Source of the DNA: Chrysomallon squamiferum
Lineage: Eukaryota > Animalia > Mollusca
Assembly: GCA_012295275.1 (NCBI GenBank)
Contig: CM022679.1
Coordinates: 6,696,001 to 6,760,000, forward strand
DNA: 64,000 bases
Direction: 5' to 3'
Positions 1 to 14,600 of this stretch are shown here, piece after piece. The position numbers and the translations under genes were made by a program. The notes under the pieces are model-generated. The model saw nothing but the letters and a program-made list of their open reading frames with translations. It had not been told where the DNA came from and ran no database searches. Numbering within the stretch: position 1 is the stretch's first letter; every line of letters begins with the position of its first letter.

Positions 1-3000
1 TATAAACAGATTATATTAAATCTGCAGGTTTTCGATAAAGAATAGTCAATCATTAACATTTTTTTTTAATGTAAATGTTTTAGTGAATTTCATAGTATTT
101 TTATTTTCTGTTCATTTAAAAATTAAAATTGATATTATAAATAAAGATTGCTATATACATTCATATGTGTATAAGTAGGAAATTAATTTATTCATATTTT
201 ATTAGAAAGAAATTTTTTTCATTAATATTCTATTTAAATACTTTTTAATTGTTTATCCTTTCTTTTACTTTTTTTTTTTACACCATGGTTGTATGTATTC
301 ATTAAAGAAAAATAAAGATATCAGTTGTGTTTGTGTATATATATTTATAATGCAAATGATATCTTTAATTTTCTTTAATGGATATATATGTGTGTGTGTA
401 TGTGTGTGTATGTGTGTGTGTGTATTCGTCTATGTATGTATATATGTGCATATTTATGTGTGCTCATTCTGAGAACTGTACCTATAAATCTTCACTGATC
501 TGACTTTTGCAGTGGAATGTTCAGAAGGTACCTATAACACTGGTAGTAACACTTGTGAGCTGTGTCCAGTGGGGATGTACCAACAAAGTACTGGACAACG
601 ACTCTGTTTAAACTGTGACCCTGGTACAATCACATACATGGCAGGAAGTACTTCCAAATCACAGTGCTCAGGTAATGATCTGTTTATTTCAGTTTTTAGA
701 AAATATTTTATAGACACTGTAGAGATATAAAAAAAACAGTAATAGTAGTATTATAATTTATATTATAAAAATAACCATGAACAGTATTAAGTAAACATGT
801 AATAATATTGATAGTAATTATATTTTAAAAGTTTACTTTTATATTTAATTAAAATACTGTTTTCCATCTATTTTTATTTTTTTTAAATATAAATTATACA
901 AAATCTTATTAAATAATTTTCAAAAACAAAGACAAATTATATAAAAATTTTAGATGATGAGCTAAGAAATATGTATTTTGATTTCCTGATGTGTTAATTT
1001 TAGCTACTTGTCCACGTGGATCATACTCAGAAAACCAGCTACAGCCCTGTGCTCGCTGTCCTCTGAATACTTACTGGTTTAACACTACGTACTGTAAACC
1101 ATGTCCTGAAGATTCTATCACACGTCAGACTGGAGCAACTTCTATTTCTATGTGTCAAGGTAATAACTGTTTTGACAGTTAGAGATAGCTGCTATAAATA
1201 TTGCCTCTAATAACTTTAATTTTGTTGAAGAAAATGTTCCTAAATCATTTGTCCCCTATTTGTTTTTAAGATGCAGCATAAGAAATAAATTATCTTACAG
1301 CATTAGGTTGCATCTTCTTTTAATAAAAATGAAAGTAAATATAATAATATACTACAATGGAGAGATGATATGTCAAAGATTTAAAGAGAGTATGTAAATT
1401 GTTTTAACTCATAATATACAAAAAATTAAAATATTAAAAATTATATTCAAAATTGTATTCTAAGTGATATATATATATATCTGCCTAACATATTTATTTT
1501 TCTTTATGACTATATTACTAATTATTGCAACCAGTCATCAGTTTTATGAGGCTTTTGTTAAAACTTTTCTATCTTTGAAGCTAAATGTCCTGAAGGGAAA
1601 TACAATCGTAATGATGGACATGAACCATGTTTGTTGTGCCCAAGAAATTTTTATCAGGAGACAACTGGTCAAAAGTCTTGTACACGTTGTCCAGATAATG
1701 CTATAACAGCAACCAATGGTTCAACATCAGCTGACAATTGCACTCTGGGAGGTAAAACACTGTTTTTATTAAGTATTTATCAGTTCTTTTGGGTTGAGGA
1801 TGTACAAACATATTTGTGATTGAATCAGTTTCAGATATTTTGTAACTCTATCATAGGTTTACTTTACAATAATATTTTATGAAATTATATTAATATAAGA
1901 ATCTGTTAGGAATTCCTCAAACATTATATTTTAAACAGATATTAACATAACCATTTAGATGATAAACAATTGTTTATCTCTAGTTTATATTAACAAAAAT
2001 ATATTTTAAGTTGCAATCATAGTGAAAAGTAGTTAATTTAAGAATAGTTCTGTTTTTCATTAATTTCTCTTATTTAAAAAAATATGTATTTGTTTTACAG
2101 TTGCCTCTATCTGTTCAGCAAATGCATGCAGTGGACAAGGATCATGTATAGTAAAACATCAAAGTGCTGTTTGCACTTGCAATCTAGGTATTACCTCTGT
2201 TTATCATGTGTTTATAAATATATATATTAAAAGAAGATTTATACTTTGTGAAATAGAACTACTTCATGAAAATATATTCATTTATCAGTTATCTAATTCA
2301 GCAGAGGTAACTTATATAATATTATCTTTTTGGATTCATTACAGTTCATTATTTTATTTCTATTTGTTGTAGTATTTATACATGGTAAACAAAATGACCA
2401 TGCTTTTAAATTGTCCATGTTTCATTTTCTGTCATTGACAAACATCATTTTAATCTAACCCAAATGTATTGAAACATAAAGTTCTAGGCTTTTTTTTTAA
2501 TTTTAAACATTTCATTTTCTCATGAAAGTAGAGGATCCTGATATTATTACATTACACCAGTGTTATAATTAAATATAATGAAAAATTAAAGAGTTGAGTT
2601 TGTAATTTTGTTTTGAAAAGAAATGTGCATGACCACTGCATAAACATAATAACACAACAAAACTATTATTTGTTTTAGTAGTTTTATTTAAACTAAATAT
2701 AACAAGTTCATGTTTTATATTACACATATATCAGTATAATAAATGATTATAAAATCAAAATCATCAGAAGAGAGTCATATTTATAAAATAGATATGATAT
2801 ATTTTCATTAATTTCAGAAAAAGATGAACACATCTCATTTTTAATCATTTTTAACCTGTAAGCAAAGATATTAGTGTTGAATTCCAATTAGTATTCCATA
2901 TTGAAAGCTAATTAAAAAAAGAAATGATATTAATATTTAATATTTTAAGGTATTCCTTAACTAAATTAATGATATCTTTTTTACTTTTAACATATATATA

Positions 3001-4589
3001 TATATATAAGGAGAGTTATCAACCATCACTCCAGTAACCTGTTAGATATTATTCACATTATTAAGTAAATGTTTAACAATACAGAAATTTAAGTGATTGT
3101 ATTAAAAAGGTACATACAGTACTAAAACATTCCCAACTAAAACAAAATCCCTAACATCTAATATTTCATATAATGTGTATGACACTGGTTTCAGTAGATT
3201 ATACAATATTTTCAGTGTCATACTTGATCTTTTATTAGCGTTTTAAAAATTACAAGAATTGTTTCTGTTTTGCAGGTTACACAGGAGAGAAATGTGAAAA
3301 CGTGATTAATCAGTGTGATTCAGGTCCTTGTTTCAATGGTGGAACATGTGTTCAGAATGCCACCAGCTACTACTGTCAGTGTAAACAAGGTAATACAACC
3401 AAGAGGAAGCTCTGTCTTTGTTTTAACTCATCAGTCACCTAATAAGATTCAAAATGGATGTCTTATTTGTTTATTACAAATAACATTAGATGGTTATGTT
3501 CTTCCAGACTTTAATTGTACCTCATTTCTCTACTTGTTTTCATGATTAATGTTTTTTAAATCTGTCATTTATGTTCTTATGAGAAAAAACAGAAAACCTA
3601 AGCACCAGTGAATATTAATTTCAATCAGTTAATAACAAGGATTAGATTATTATGCAATGCTTTCTAAAGAAAATGGATGCATTGTGAACTCAGATCTGTT
3701 TAAAAATATGTTTTGTTTTATATTACACATGTTTATTGTAAATACAATGTTTAGGCACTCAGGGAGTTAACTGTGAAGTGGATATTGATGAATGTCCTTC
3801 AAATCCATGTAAAAATGGAGGAATGTGTCAGAATCAAATCAATGGATACAAATGTCACTGTTTTGCTGGATATGGTGGAGTAAAGTAAGTTAATCTGATT
3901 ATCTTGATTACTTCTGATGATGTTTATCTTATTTAAAGTGGTAAGTTACAATAATGAATTCTGTAAAATGCTGATATTCATTGAAAAATGATTTGATATT
4001 AGAATATGATGAAGAATGTATGAATGTTAAATGATTTCATCAGTATAAAACACCACAAATAAAAAATAACTCATTTCACAATAAATGTATGTAATCAGTA
4101 AAGACCAAGACACCCAAACTTATAAAATTATAAAATCACAACATACTTTATAAATAGAGTTCTATTTGTTTGTGTTTGTAAATTTCATCCAAAAATACCA
4201 TTCGTAAATTCAGTTGGGAAGCTTACAAATAGATCACAGTAAAACATGGTTTTAAGAAGTCAGTGTATTGTTATTATTAATTGAGATCAAATAAGAAGTA
4301 AATCAAGTATATGTATGTGGATATTCTAAAACTAAAGATAAATTATAACTGAAACAATAACTTTATGCAGCTTGTATATTTCCTTTTATATTTATCAATG
4401 CCAATAATAACAATTTAATTTGTGTGCACTTAACAAGTCATTTTTAAACCTTTGTTATTTTTACCTAATTTTTGTGTATAAAGTACAAAATCTTTAACAC
4501 AAAAACAAAAACAAAATATCATTTTATTCAATTTTTTTAAATTTTAATTCATAAACAGAGTTCAGTATTTTTTATTTCTTATTAGATAC

Positions 4590-4621
<32 letters not shown>

Positions 4622-5165
4622 CATAAAACATAAAAATATTATTTTTGAATTTTATTAATAAAATTAAATCAGTTTAATGAAACAATAAATATCTCATCAA
4701 CATGAGTAAAGTCGAGAAAAAAATTCTTTAATTTTGTAAAATAACATGAAATAAAGACTATTATTTTGTTTTAATTTATATGAATTAGAAACAAAAGCAA
4801 ACAGTTACAAATTAAACATGAATATAAATTGCATGTATGTATTCCATCTGATCTGTTTCCACTCAAGAATCCATGTTGTGTAAAACTAAAGTACTATTTT
4901 TTAAAAACAAGTGTTTTCAAAGATTCCTACTATTTTCAAAGTTTGTGGCAGTGATTGCTTTTTTAATAAATGATTTTTGGTCTATTATTAATCGGTGTTT
5001 AACTGGTGAGGAATATAATTACAGTCACTGTATCTAAATGTTTTTATTTTTTATTATTTTTTTTTTTAGTCAAGTACACATCCATAAAAATTATTCTTAT
5101 CTTATGCAGTTCTTAGAACTATCAGATTTTATTTGACATGTTATTAAGTTTTGTCCAGTAAAAAA
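1..5165 (+). repeat. Segmental tandem duplication, copy 1
   Basis: Exons and introns align with 57075-64000. Confidence 0.92.
513..1751 (+). CDS. Gene A: three GCC2/GCC3 (ephrin-receptor-like Cys-rich) repeat exons
   Basis: Exons 513-671, 1004-1159 and 1581-1751, all phase 1-1. CxxCPxGxYQ...GxxxCxxC...GSTSxSxC pattern, e.g. [21 protein letters not shown]. Confidence 0.92.
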
Positions 5166-5614
5166 AAAAAAAAGGCAGCCTATTTTAAATTTTGTATTTA
5201 ATAATCATACTCTTACTTAAATGTTTTCACCATACCTGACAGTTCAGTACATAATAAATAATTCTACATTAACCTCTATTAAAAATTTTGATAAAAAAAT
5301 TATTTTAAGTAACTCTTTCAAATTTTGATTGTCCTAATTTTCATAATGAGACATTCAGCCCAAAGTATTTACTCTGTGATGTTCTAATTTTTAATGTCGT
5401 GTATGGACTTAATACTTTTTTATTTCTCACTTTTATTTTATTATTATTATTGTTTTTTTTAAATATTTTTCTTTGTTTATTTCATTTCTGATTGCTCTTT
5501 CAGTTTTGTATTTTGTTCTGTTGTCTTTTAAATGACTTGTTTAAAATATCTCTGCAGTGTTATTTGTTTTTAGGGTAACAGAATAATTTACTATTTAAAA
5601 TAATTAATAGATGG

Positions 5615-5669
<55 letters not shown>

Positions 5670-8600
5670 ATTACATTATACAAATTCTTTTTGTTTCAAG
5701 TCTCAAACTTCTGATGAATGTATATTTCAATTAATTATAAATTAGGGTTATTTATGAAAAGTCTAAATAAAAAAACTGTATATTAATCAAAATTTAATGA
5801 TCTTTATAAAATTGTATTCTTTTCTATATAAGAAGTTAGTAGTTTTACATGGGAGAAGCAAATAAAATACCTGTTTAACATGTGATCATTTTAACTCAAT
5901 TTAAATTTTACAGTGACAACCACTAAACTATATATTTTATTTTGTACTAGAATTTCTTTTGATTAGAACAGTCTTTTAATGATTCGCAGTGAATATTTAC
6001 TTAAAAAAATAAATAAATAAATAAATAAAATGTGGGTTTAACCTGCATGTCTCATTATTTAGCAAAAAAATTAATTAAATTTTCAAAATATAACATGCTG
6101 AAAAGTAATATAAACGTTTGAAATGTTGAAAATTTATTATAATATGAAAAACATAATTAATAAGTGACCTTAAAAAAATAATTGAATTAATATCTCTGAG
6201 AAGTTAGAGATTTTAAAATAAAATATTTGTTTTCCAGAACTGATTCAAACAACGTAAATTAAAAAAAAGACTTTCACACAGTTTTGATATTTCAGTAACA
6301 TTTTACAAATACATTTATGAAACAGGATTGTTCTTAAATTACATTTTTTGTTTGTAACTTTTTTTTAGCTGTTCAATTGTTGAACCTGTCTGTACAACTC
6401 ATCCTTGCAAGAACGGTGCTACTTGTGTACCCTTGGGAAACATCCGCAGAAAATGTCTGTGTCAGGATGGTTACACTGCAGAAGACTGCTCACAGGAAAT
6501 AGGTGAATTTATTAGCCAACAATTTCAGCAAGAAAGAAAAAGCAACCAGTTCATTTTGTTGTAGTTATTTATCATTATCAGTTATTAAATTTAAAAAAAC
6601 AAAAATAATATTTTTCATAATACAGTTCTATAAATGAGCTTTTCTCACAGCTGGCATTATTACTATTTATAAATATTAAATACACAATATAACAAATTCA
6701 AAAAGAGTCTTGTAAAACAAATTTATTCGGTTTTCTCACAACAGATGACTGTGAATCAAATCCTTGTTATTATGGAGGCACGTGTAAAGATAAACATCTT
6801 GGTTTTGAATGTACTTGTCCATCTGGCTACACTGGACAGCGGTGTGAGAATCCTCCTCAGCAGTGTCTTGGTGTGCAGTGTGGACCTGGGCAGTGTGTGG
6901 CAGACCACATTCACAACACATACCAGTGTGTTTGCAATGCCGGAATGCTCTATGGTAAATTATTTATTTACTTTTTAATTTATTACTTTTTGTTTTAATT
7001 TCACTTTTGTATTTATTGCTATAATTTCAAAGTCAAGATAGAATTTTTCTCAAACTGATTAGTGTGTTTTGTAAAGTTTTCCAACAGATTAGATAGTAAT
7101 ATTCACAAATTTAGTGAATGAACATCCAATTTTGTTTTATTTTTTTATTTATTTTATTTTATTTATTTTTATTTATAATTATTTTTTTAATAATCATTAT
7201 TAAATGTTTTAAAAAACAATATACTAAGCATCTTCACTGTAAGGTCTTTTACCAAAATAGTTCTGATTTGGAGCACTCTGAATTTCTGGGATTTTTTCTT
7301 TTAAACCACTTTCAAATCAGTTTATAAATATTAACAGACTAAACCCTCTTTGATGAGGAAAGTTCCAGAGTCAGAATTGTTGGATGAATAACTTAGTCAC
7401 TGGTTGGTTGGTATTTTAGGTCTATTATTAACATGTGCAGGCACTAAATCTGATATTTCTGTATTTGTCAATTAAAATATAAAAAAAAATAATTAAATCA
7501 AACTGCTACTTATTAATTTTATATACATAATTTTTCAAATAATAAACAGGTTTTAATTGTTAAATTAAATATTATTAAATATTTATTTCCGTCTATCTGT
7601 TGAACTGATTTCTTTACCCATGAGATTTAGCAGAATATGTTAGTTTATGATATATTAAACTAATTTTCATGTATCAAACTTGGCTTTACTTGTCACTGAT
7701 TTTGTTTGATTTTCTCTATTCAACATCAGTTGGCTTAACTCATTATAATATTCTCTTTCTGAAAAAAGATATAAAATCATCATAAAACATGAAAGCAGCC
7801 AACAAAGTTACTGAGTTATTTAAACAAAAATATTATCGTTATTTAAATGGAAAATGTCATTGTGTAGAAAATGTTGTAATTCTGAGATAACTTTGATGAC
7901 AGTTTGTATTCAGAAAAGATTTAACATGAAAATGATAATAGATGGCAGCTTGTTACAGTTCTGTTGATTGGACAACTGTGCCACTTTCAGGAAGTAGCTA
8001 CTTTAGTGGATTATAATGTCAATTACATTTTAAAATCTGTTTCATTAAACCTTTAATTTTTTTCATGTGTTTCAGAAAACCTTTGAGAACAATTAAGTAG
8101 CAGAAACACCAGGGAATAAATAGATTAAAAACAAAATTAAATTATTATTATCAGTGTGTATTATAAAACAAATTATAATTGTTATCATTATTATTGTTAC
8201 TGTTATTGTGTTATTACAGATATACATTATATTTGTGCTTATATTAATTACAGAGTTATTCACTTTAAATGTTGCAGGAAAGTTCTGTCAGTATGACATA
8301 ATGGTTAAGAAGCAGATGACTTCATCATCAGTAACAAAGTCCTACAGTAACAAAACTGCCAAGGAATGTCTAAATATCTGTGAAGAAAAAGATGACTGCA
8401 AAGCTTTTACTTTCAACACTACAAGTAATGACTGTGAGTTACATGGACAAGCAACCACAAATCTGACTGACTCGGAAAGCACCAACTACTACATAAAAAC
8501 CTGTAAAGATCAGTCAGGTAATACAAAGGCTAATGTACTGTATATTTTTAATGCATTGTCAGTTTTATACACTAAACGAAAGGTTATTTTTATATCACAT

Positions 8601-11600
8601 ACTTGAATATATTAGCACATATTTGGTCTGTATTTATCATACACACAGATGGATATTTTAGAATTATTTTACAACACTGATTAAATCATATATATGGTAT
8701 GTTTTAGTTTTTCAGATGTATTGACCATTATGGTTTTTTGGGGTTTTTTTTTATTTCATCTGGAATTGTTTTCATCTTACATATTTGAAAATGATATTTA
8801 ATCTGATGTGTTACTATCATTTAAAATGGCATTTAGCTCAAGTATAAAATATTATACTGATTATATTTAAGAATAAACATTGGATAGAAAAAGTAAAAAA
8901 AATTCTGTTATGAAATCTTTCAACAGCTTTTATTACAAATGCATTGGGCATAAAAAAAAAAAACATACACATAAATCTAGAATTAAGCAGAAAGAATAAT
9001 ATTCACAAAAAATAATTGTAAAGTTGTCATTATAGCAATCTGGATTATTTTATTTCTGTAGATGATTTTTGGACTCCATGGTATAATACAAAGAAACCTA
9101 CAACTGATATAAATTCAAAAGATGAAGAAAATAATGACACTTTATTAGAGGTAAGTCATTATTTAGAATTTAATGCCAACATGAACATTTAAACATACTA
9201 TCAAAACATACTATACTAGGAAAAAAAGGAAGAGTAAATAATGGTTTGAATGCTTTTTGTTTTTGTACATTATTAATGACTTTGATAATATATAAATACA
9301 GTAATCATTAATGATTTTGTAACATATAAGAAATTTCAAATCACAATCAATAAATTTTAAAATTTTAATATAAAAAAAATTGTTAAATAAATAGAAACTT
9401 TACATAAAAAAGTGTTGTTTATCCTATTTTAGTAGACGTGTATGTATTTGTTTTTAACATAATTCTTTATTTACATGTTTTGTGGTTAATTAAAGTGTTT
9501 CTCTTGTAAATATCAGTATCACTGATGCAGAACTGAATCTGATATAGGAATAAAAATAATGAAAAAAGAGATGATGTACCCAAAATGAGTCAAGTCAGAT
9601 TTGTCTCTAGTCAGAGCAGAAATATTGCAGTTACAGAAAAATAATTGCACCAAACATTTCAATCCAAATTTATGGTAACAACATTTTTTATGAAATATTA
9701 TACATTTGTTAACCAGTAGATCATTTGTGATAATAACATTATTTATGAAATATTATACATTATCTAACCAGTAGTATGATTAGTTCAGTTCTAAGTGACA
9801 GTAGAAGTAACATTATTTATTACCACAGTTCAGTGGTTGTAAATGTGGTGCTACTTTCTGAAACTGTAATGACAAAGAAAAAATGTGTTATTTAACAATG
9901 TACTCAACACATTTGTAATCTTGTTGTGAATGATGTCATGCACATGTTTATATTCATACAATGACTGAGAGAGGAATTACACTGCTGTAACACAAAGGAC
10001 TATTATTTTTTCATTAAGCAGCAAGGGATATTTTATTTGCTCCTTTCCATATAAAAGTAATAAACTATTAAAGATGAAGGATGTCAGCTTTATCCTATCC
10101 CAGAATTGTATTTTAAATTTCTGCTTCAGGTTGGTATTGCGATATGTAAAGGAACTGATCCTGTTAATGTTGAGTGCAGAGATGTGACCAACAAACTGCC
10201 TCCAAACGAGACTATTACCTGCTCAGTGGCCACTGGACTGACTTGCAACAATAAAGATCAAACTGATAAACAGTGTGAAAATTATGAAATCCGTTTCAAA
10301 TGTGCTGTCAGTCAAGGTATGTAGAATCAGACAATCAGATTTGTATTAGATATATTTTTTGTAGTTATTATTATTATTATTTATTCAAAGTTAAATTATA
10401 TGGTTCAGTTATATGCTTTACTGAATTTATTGCAAAATTCTAAACAAAATCATTCTATTCATCCTTGAAATATGTCTTTAGTTAAAAAAATAATTAAAAA
10501 TTAAAAATTAAAAAAGGAAATTGTAATATTAACAGCTATTAAGTGTTAAAAAACAGTTTTTATATAACACAAAAGAAAATGATTGCATAACTAACATCTG
10601 TAGAATGGCAACTTTGGCCTAATAACTGTCTTTGGGCTTGTCTTAATGTTTTTTCATAAGCAGCAGAAAATATCTCTTAATAAAATTCCATTTATTTCAT
10701 TTAAAATTTGTTTCAGTATTCACTGAAAATACTTGCACTCAACCAGCTTACTGTCAAAGCAGTCCTTGCCAACATGGAACCTGTCAGGAAAAAGTTGATG
10801 GTTTCTCATGCTCATGTAACACAGGATACCAAGGCTCCCTGTGTCAACATGACATTGACTACTGTGCATCAAAACCCTGTCTAAATGGTGGAACTTGTGA
10901 AGACAGACTTTCTGACTATATTTGTAAATGTACTGATGGTTTTACTGGTATGTTACTAATAAATGTTAATAGTCTAATTTGTGAAAATTAAAATTCTTTC
11001 TCTATAAAATGACTGATTTCAAAAAATCAAGGGTAAATCAAGAAAAGATAATATTGTATAAAGCAAGAAAAACAAAAAAACAGGGGTGAAAAATTCTCAA
11101 AAACAGTCCAATATTTTTCTGTGACTAAGCCAAAACACACATATTTTCATGTTTAAGACCAAATTAAATGCTACTGAGCAATGAATTGTAAATTACTTTT
11201 GGAACTGGCCTTGCATTCCATTTTAAAACACAACATTATTATTATGACATATATTAACTTCTGGCCTGCTAAAGCAACAAACATTATCCAATTGTCCTGT
11301 AGATCTTGTAAAAATATTCATTGATTATTACCAAATTAATTGTGCCATTAACACAGATTTTTTTTTTTATCATGTAATATATACTAAATACTAATAATTT
11401 GTTAATCCGACAAATTATCCTCTTCTGATTTTAAACAAAAAATTAATTATTTTAAAACATGTTTGGGTAACAACAAATAAATCTTACCATGTCATAATAC
11501 TTTTAGGCACAAACTGTGAGATTAACATTGATGATTGCAAACCAAATCCTTGCAAGAATTCAGGAAAATGTCAAGATGGTATTAATGGCTATGAATGTGA

Positions 11601-14600
11601 CTGTCCAAAAAGCTGGACAGGTCAGAATTGTGAGGTATTATTTTATTAGAAAATTAGATTTATTTTCTAAAACTTCAGGTGTTCTTCAGTGTTTTTATTT
11701 TAAATTATTATATTTTAATGATAATTTTAATATTATTAAAGTTACATGAATTAGCTAATTGACTGGTTTTTTATTATTTCATTTTATCTTATTTAATTTT
11801 TTATGTCAGTATCTATCTATCTCTATTATCTATACATTAACAATAATATAATATATTTTTACACATGATTAATAGTTTTATAGAAAATGTCACTGAGAAT
11901 ATATTTTTAAAATTACAATTAATTCTCAGTTGCATTTACTTTTCATTTTTAAACACAGTAATTGATTTCCAAATTCTCATGTACTTTTACATTTCAGTAA
12001 TTTCTCTTTTCTAAGTATATATATAAATAAGAAATTAATCAATTTTTCTCAAGATTTACATTTATTTCTAACTATGAATAGTAGTGATATTAGAAAAAGT
12101 ATTTTAAATATAATACTATTGTTTTACTTCAGACTGATGTTGATGAATGTAGTCTCGGTGAACCATGTCTTCATGGTGGTCAGTGTAAAAATGTTCCAGG
12201 TACATACACATGTCAGTGTCCAGATGGATGGAAGAATCCGAAGTCTTGTAATGACATTGTAAAACTGTGTAATCCTGCAACCTGTAACAACAATGCAAAA
12301 TGTTTCAACCTATTTAATGATTTCTTCTGCAAGTACGTACTTAACAAGACTGTCTAAACAATGTTTGTCACTTGATAGAAATATAATACATTTATTATCA
12401 AAACTTGTAAATTTAATCAGATATAAAACAAAGTAATTTAACAGTTCATTAAAGATATGCTCATAATTATATTAGTTTAATTTAATTTTGGCTGTGGAAT
12501 TAATTATTTTCAAAATGTCACCCTGATTTCTGTAACTTGCTTACTTATTTTAAATTAAGATACTAAAAGTAGATATCACAGTTTTTTGCATTAGATTTCA
12601 TTTTGTTCCCATTACCATTTATTTGAATTTTGTTTTTATTTCAGGTGTAAAGCTAACACATATGGTAAAAAATGTGAAAGCAATCCTAGTATCTGTGCAA
12701 ATGCCAACCCTTGTCAACACATGAACTACTGCAATGAGACTGCAGGTACAGCCAGCTGCTACTGTACAGAAGGTTTGTAATTATTTACACTGTTTAATAT
12801 AATAATTGCATGTTTATTTTTTTTTATTAACCAGTTTGTTTTGTAATACAGCCATAATGTCTTTTATACTCATCCACATAACCATACATACATACAAACA
12901 CAAACATAGATTTAACAAACAAGAATTATAAAAATGTTTTTTTCAATTGAAAGATGCATTTTAACAAACAAGAATTATAATAATTTTGTATTTTAATAAA
13001 AAACACAACCATGTTAAGTAGAGTATTAACAGGATACAAACATTTGTGATTTTGTTTTCCAGATTTTGAAGGTGATGGGTGTGAGTTACGTGTTGACCAT
13101 TGTAAAAGTAACACATGTAAAAATGGTGCAAAATGTACCCAAACAGCAACCAATGACTACTCATGTGCCTGCACACCAGGTTTGTGAACAAAGATAAAAG
13201 TATGAGTCTAAAACATTTTGTCTGTAGGAATGTTAAACCTTTTAATTTGTTGTTTTTCATTATCAACATAACAAATCCAAATATGTATTTATATGAATAG
13301 ATCTAATGGTAATCACCTAACTTTTTTTTAATTATTATTAATATTTTTAATTTTAGTATTTTATTTAGAGTAGTTTTTGTAAGAAATTGATAATATATTT
13401 TTTACATATTGAGAAATGTAAAAAATGTTGGATCAATTTACATTTATCAGTCTACTGTTGAATTAGATGGAGTTCACATTTATTGTTTGAAGAATATTAA
13501 ATATTATTTCCATTTATTATAATGAATTTTATTTTAGAGAAAGGATGTTTATTTCTGGTATTTTTATTTCAGGTTATGATGGCAAGAACTGTGAAAATAA
13601 TGTTGACAACTGTGCTGGTGTATCATGCCCTGGTGGAAGTTGCATTGATGGTGTCAATGAATACTTTTGTAGATGTCCAGTTGGAAAAACTGGAGAGTCA
13701 TGTTCAAAAGGTTAAAATCACCAACGAAAATAATAATAATTATGAGAATTTGAAAATAATGATAAACAAAAACAAATTCTCATAGTAAAATAAATTTACT
13801 TGTTTTATTACAAAAGAGTTCTTTGACCAAAAAATCTGATATTTTCACTTAAAGCATAATATCAAATTACTACTACCTTATTATACTTTCTATACTAACA
13901 AATATGAATGGATCTAAACAGCAAGTAATTGTAAAATTTTATCTCTGAAAAGGTAATAATTATTAAACCCTTTTTGCTTCCTTTTCTTCTACAGATGTCA
14001 ACCAAAATTATGACTTACTGTTTGAGTTGCCACAAAAAACAAACATGGCATCATTACCATATCCAATTCCACTGAAAGTCACTCAGCTGACTATTAGCTT
14101 TTGGGTCAGGTTCTGGGAAAAAGATGGAAAAGGCACCTTTTTCAGCATGTTTTCTGAGGCGTGAGTTTTCGCTTTTAATTTCATTTTATTGCTATCAATT
14201 TTTAACACATATATATCTATTAAAGTCTTATTTATTATTTTATAACTAGTGAGAAAACCAAAGGAATGGTTTCAGCCTTATGGTTGTATCTGTGAATTTC
14301 ATTAAAGATTACAAAATAATGTTCATCCAACACTGACAAATAATGACAAAAACACACCTTTACATCATACTTTTAAAACAGTTTGTAGCACCGTAATGTG
14401 AATATTTATTATAAATGCTGACTTTTAAAATGTTGAACCAAAATGAACCAGACTCTTCATTTTCACTAAACATGTTATTTTGCCTATAAAAATTCTAACG
14501 ATTAAATTATATTTTTACCTGATTTAAGTTAATTTTCAGACAGTAAACAATATTTAAAATGAAATTTTAGATTGATTTTTTAAAATTAAAATTAATTAAA

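Noticed and set aside
532-717. Minus-strand ORFs overlapping exons (532-717, 6736-6921, 12116-12298, 51265-51528, 53096-53296, 57594-57779)
   Set aside because: Antisense shadows of + strand coding exons, with no independent splice or domain evidence.
7118-7327. Hydrophobic I/F/L-rich ORFs resembling membrane proteins (also 27695-28042, 31735-32004, 38242-38475, 52643-52870)
   Set aside because: Translations of AT-rich intronic low-complexity or microsatellite DNA.
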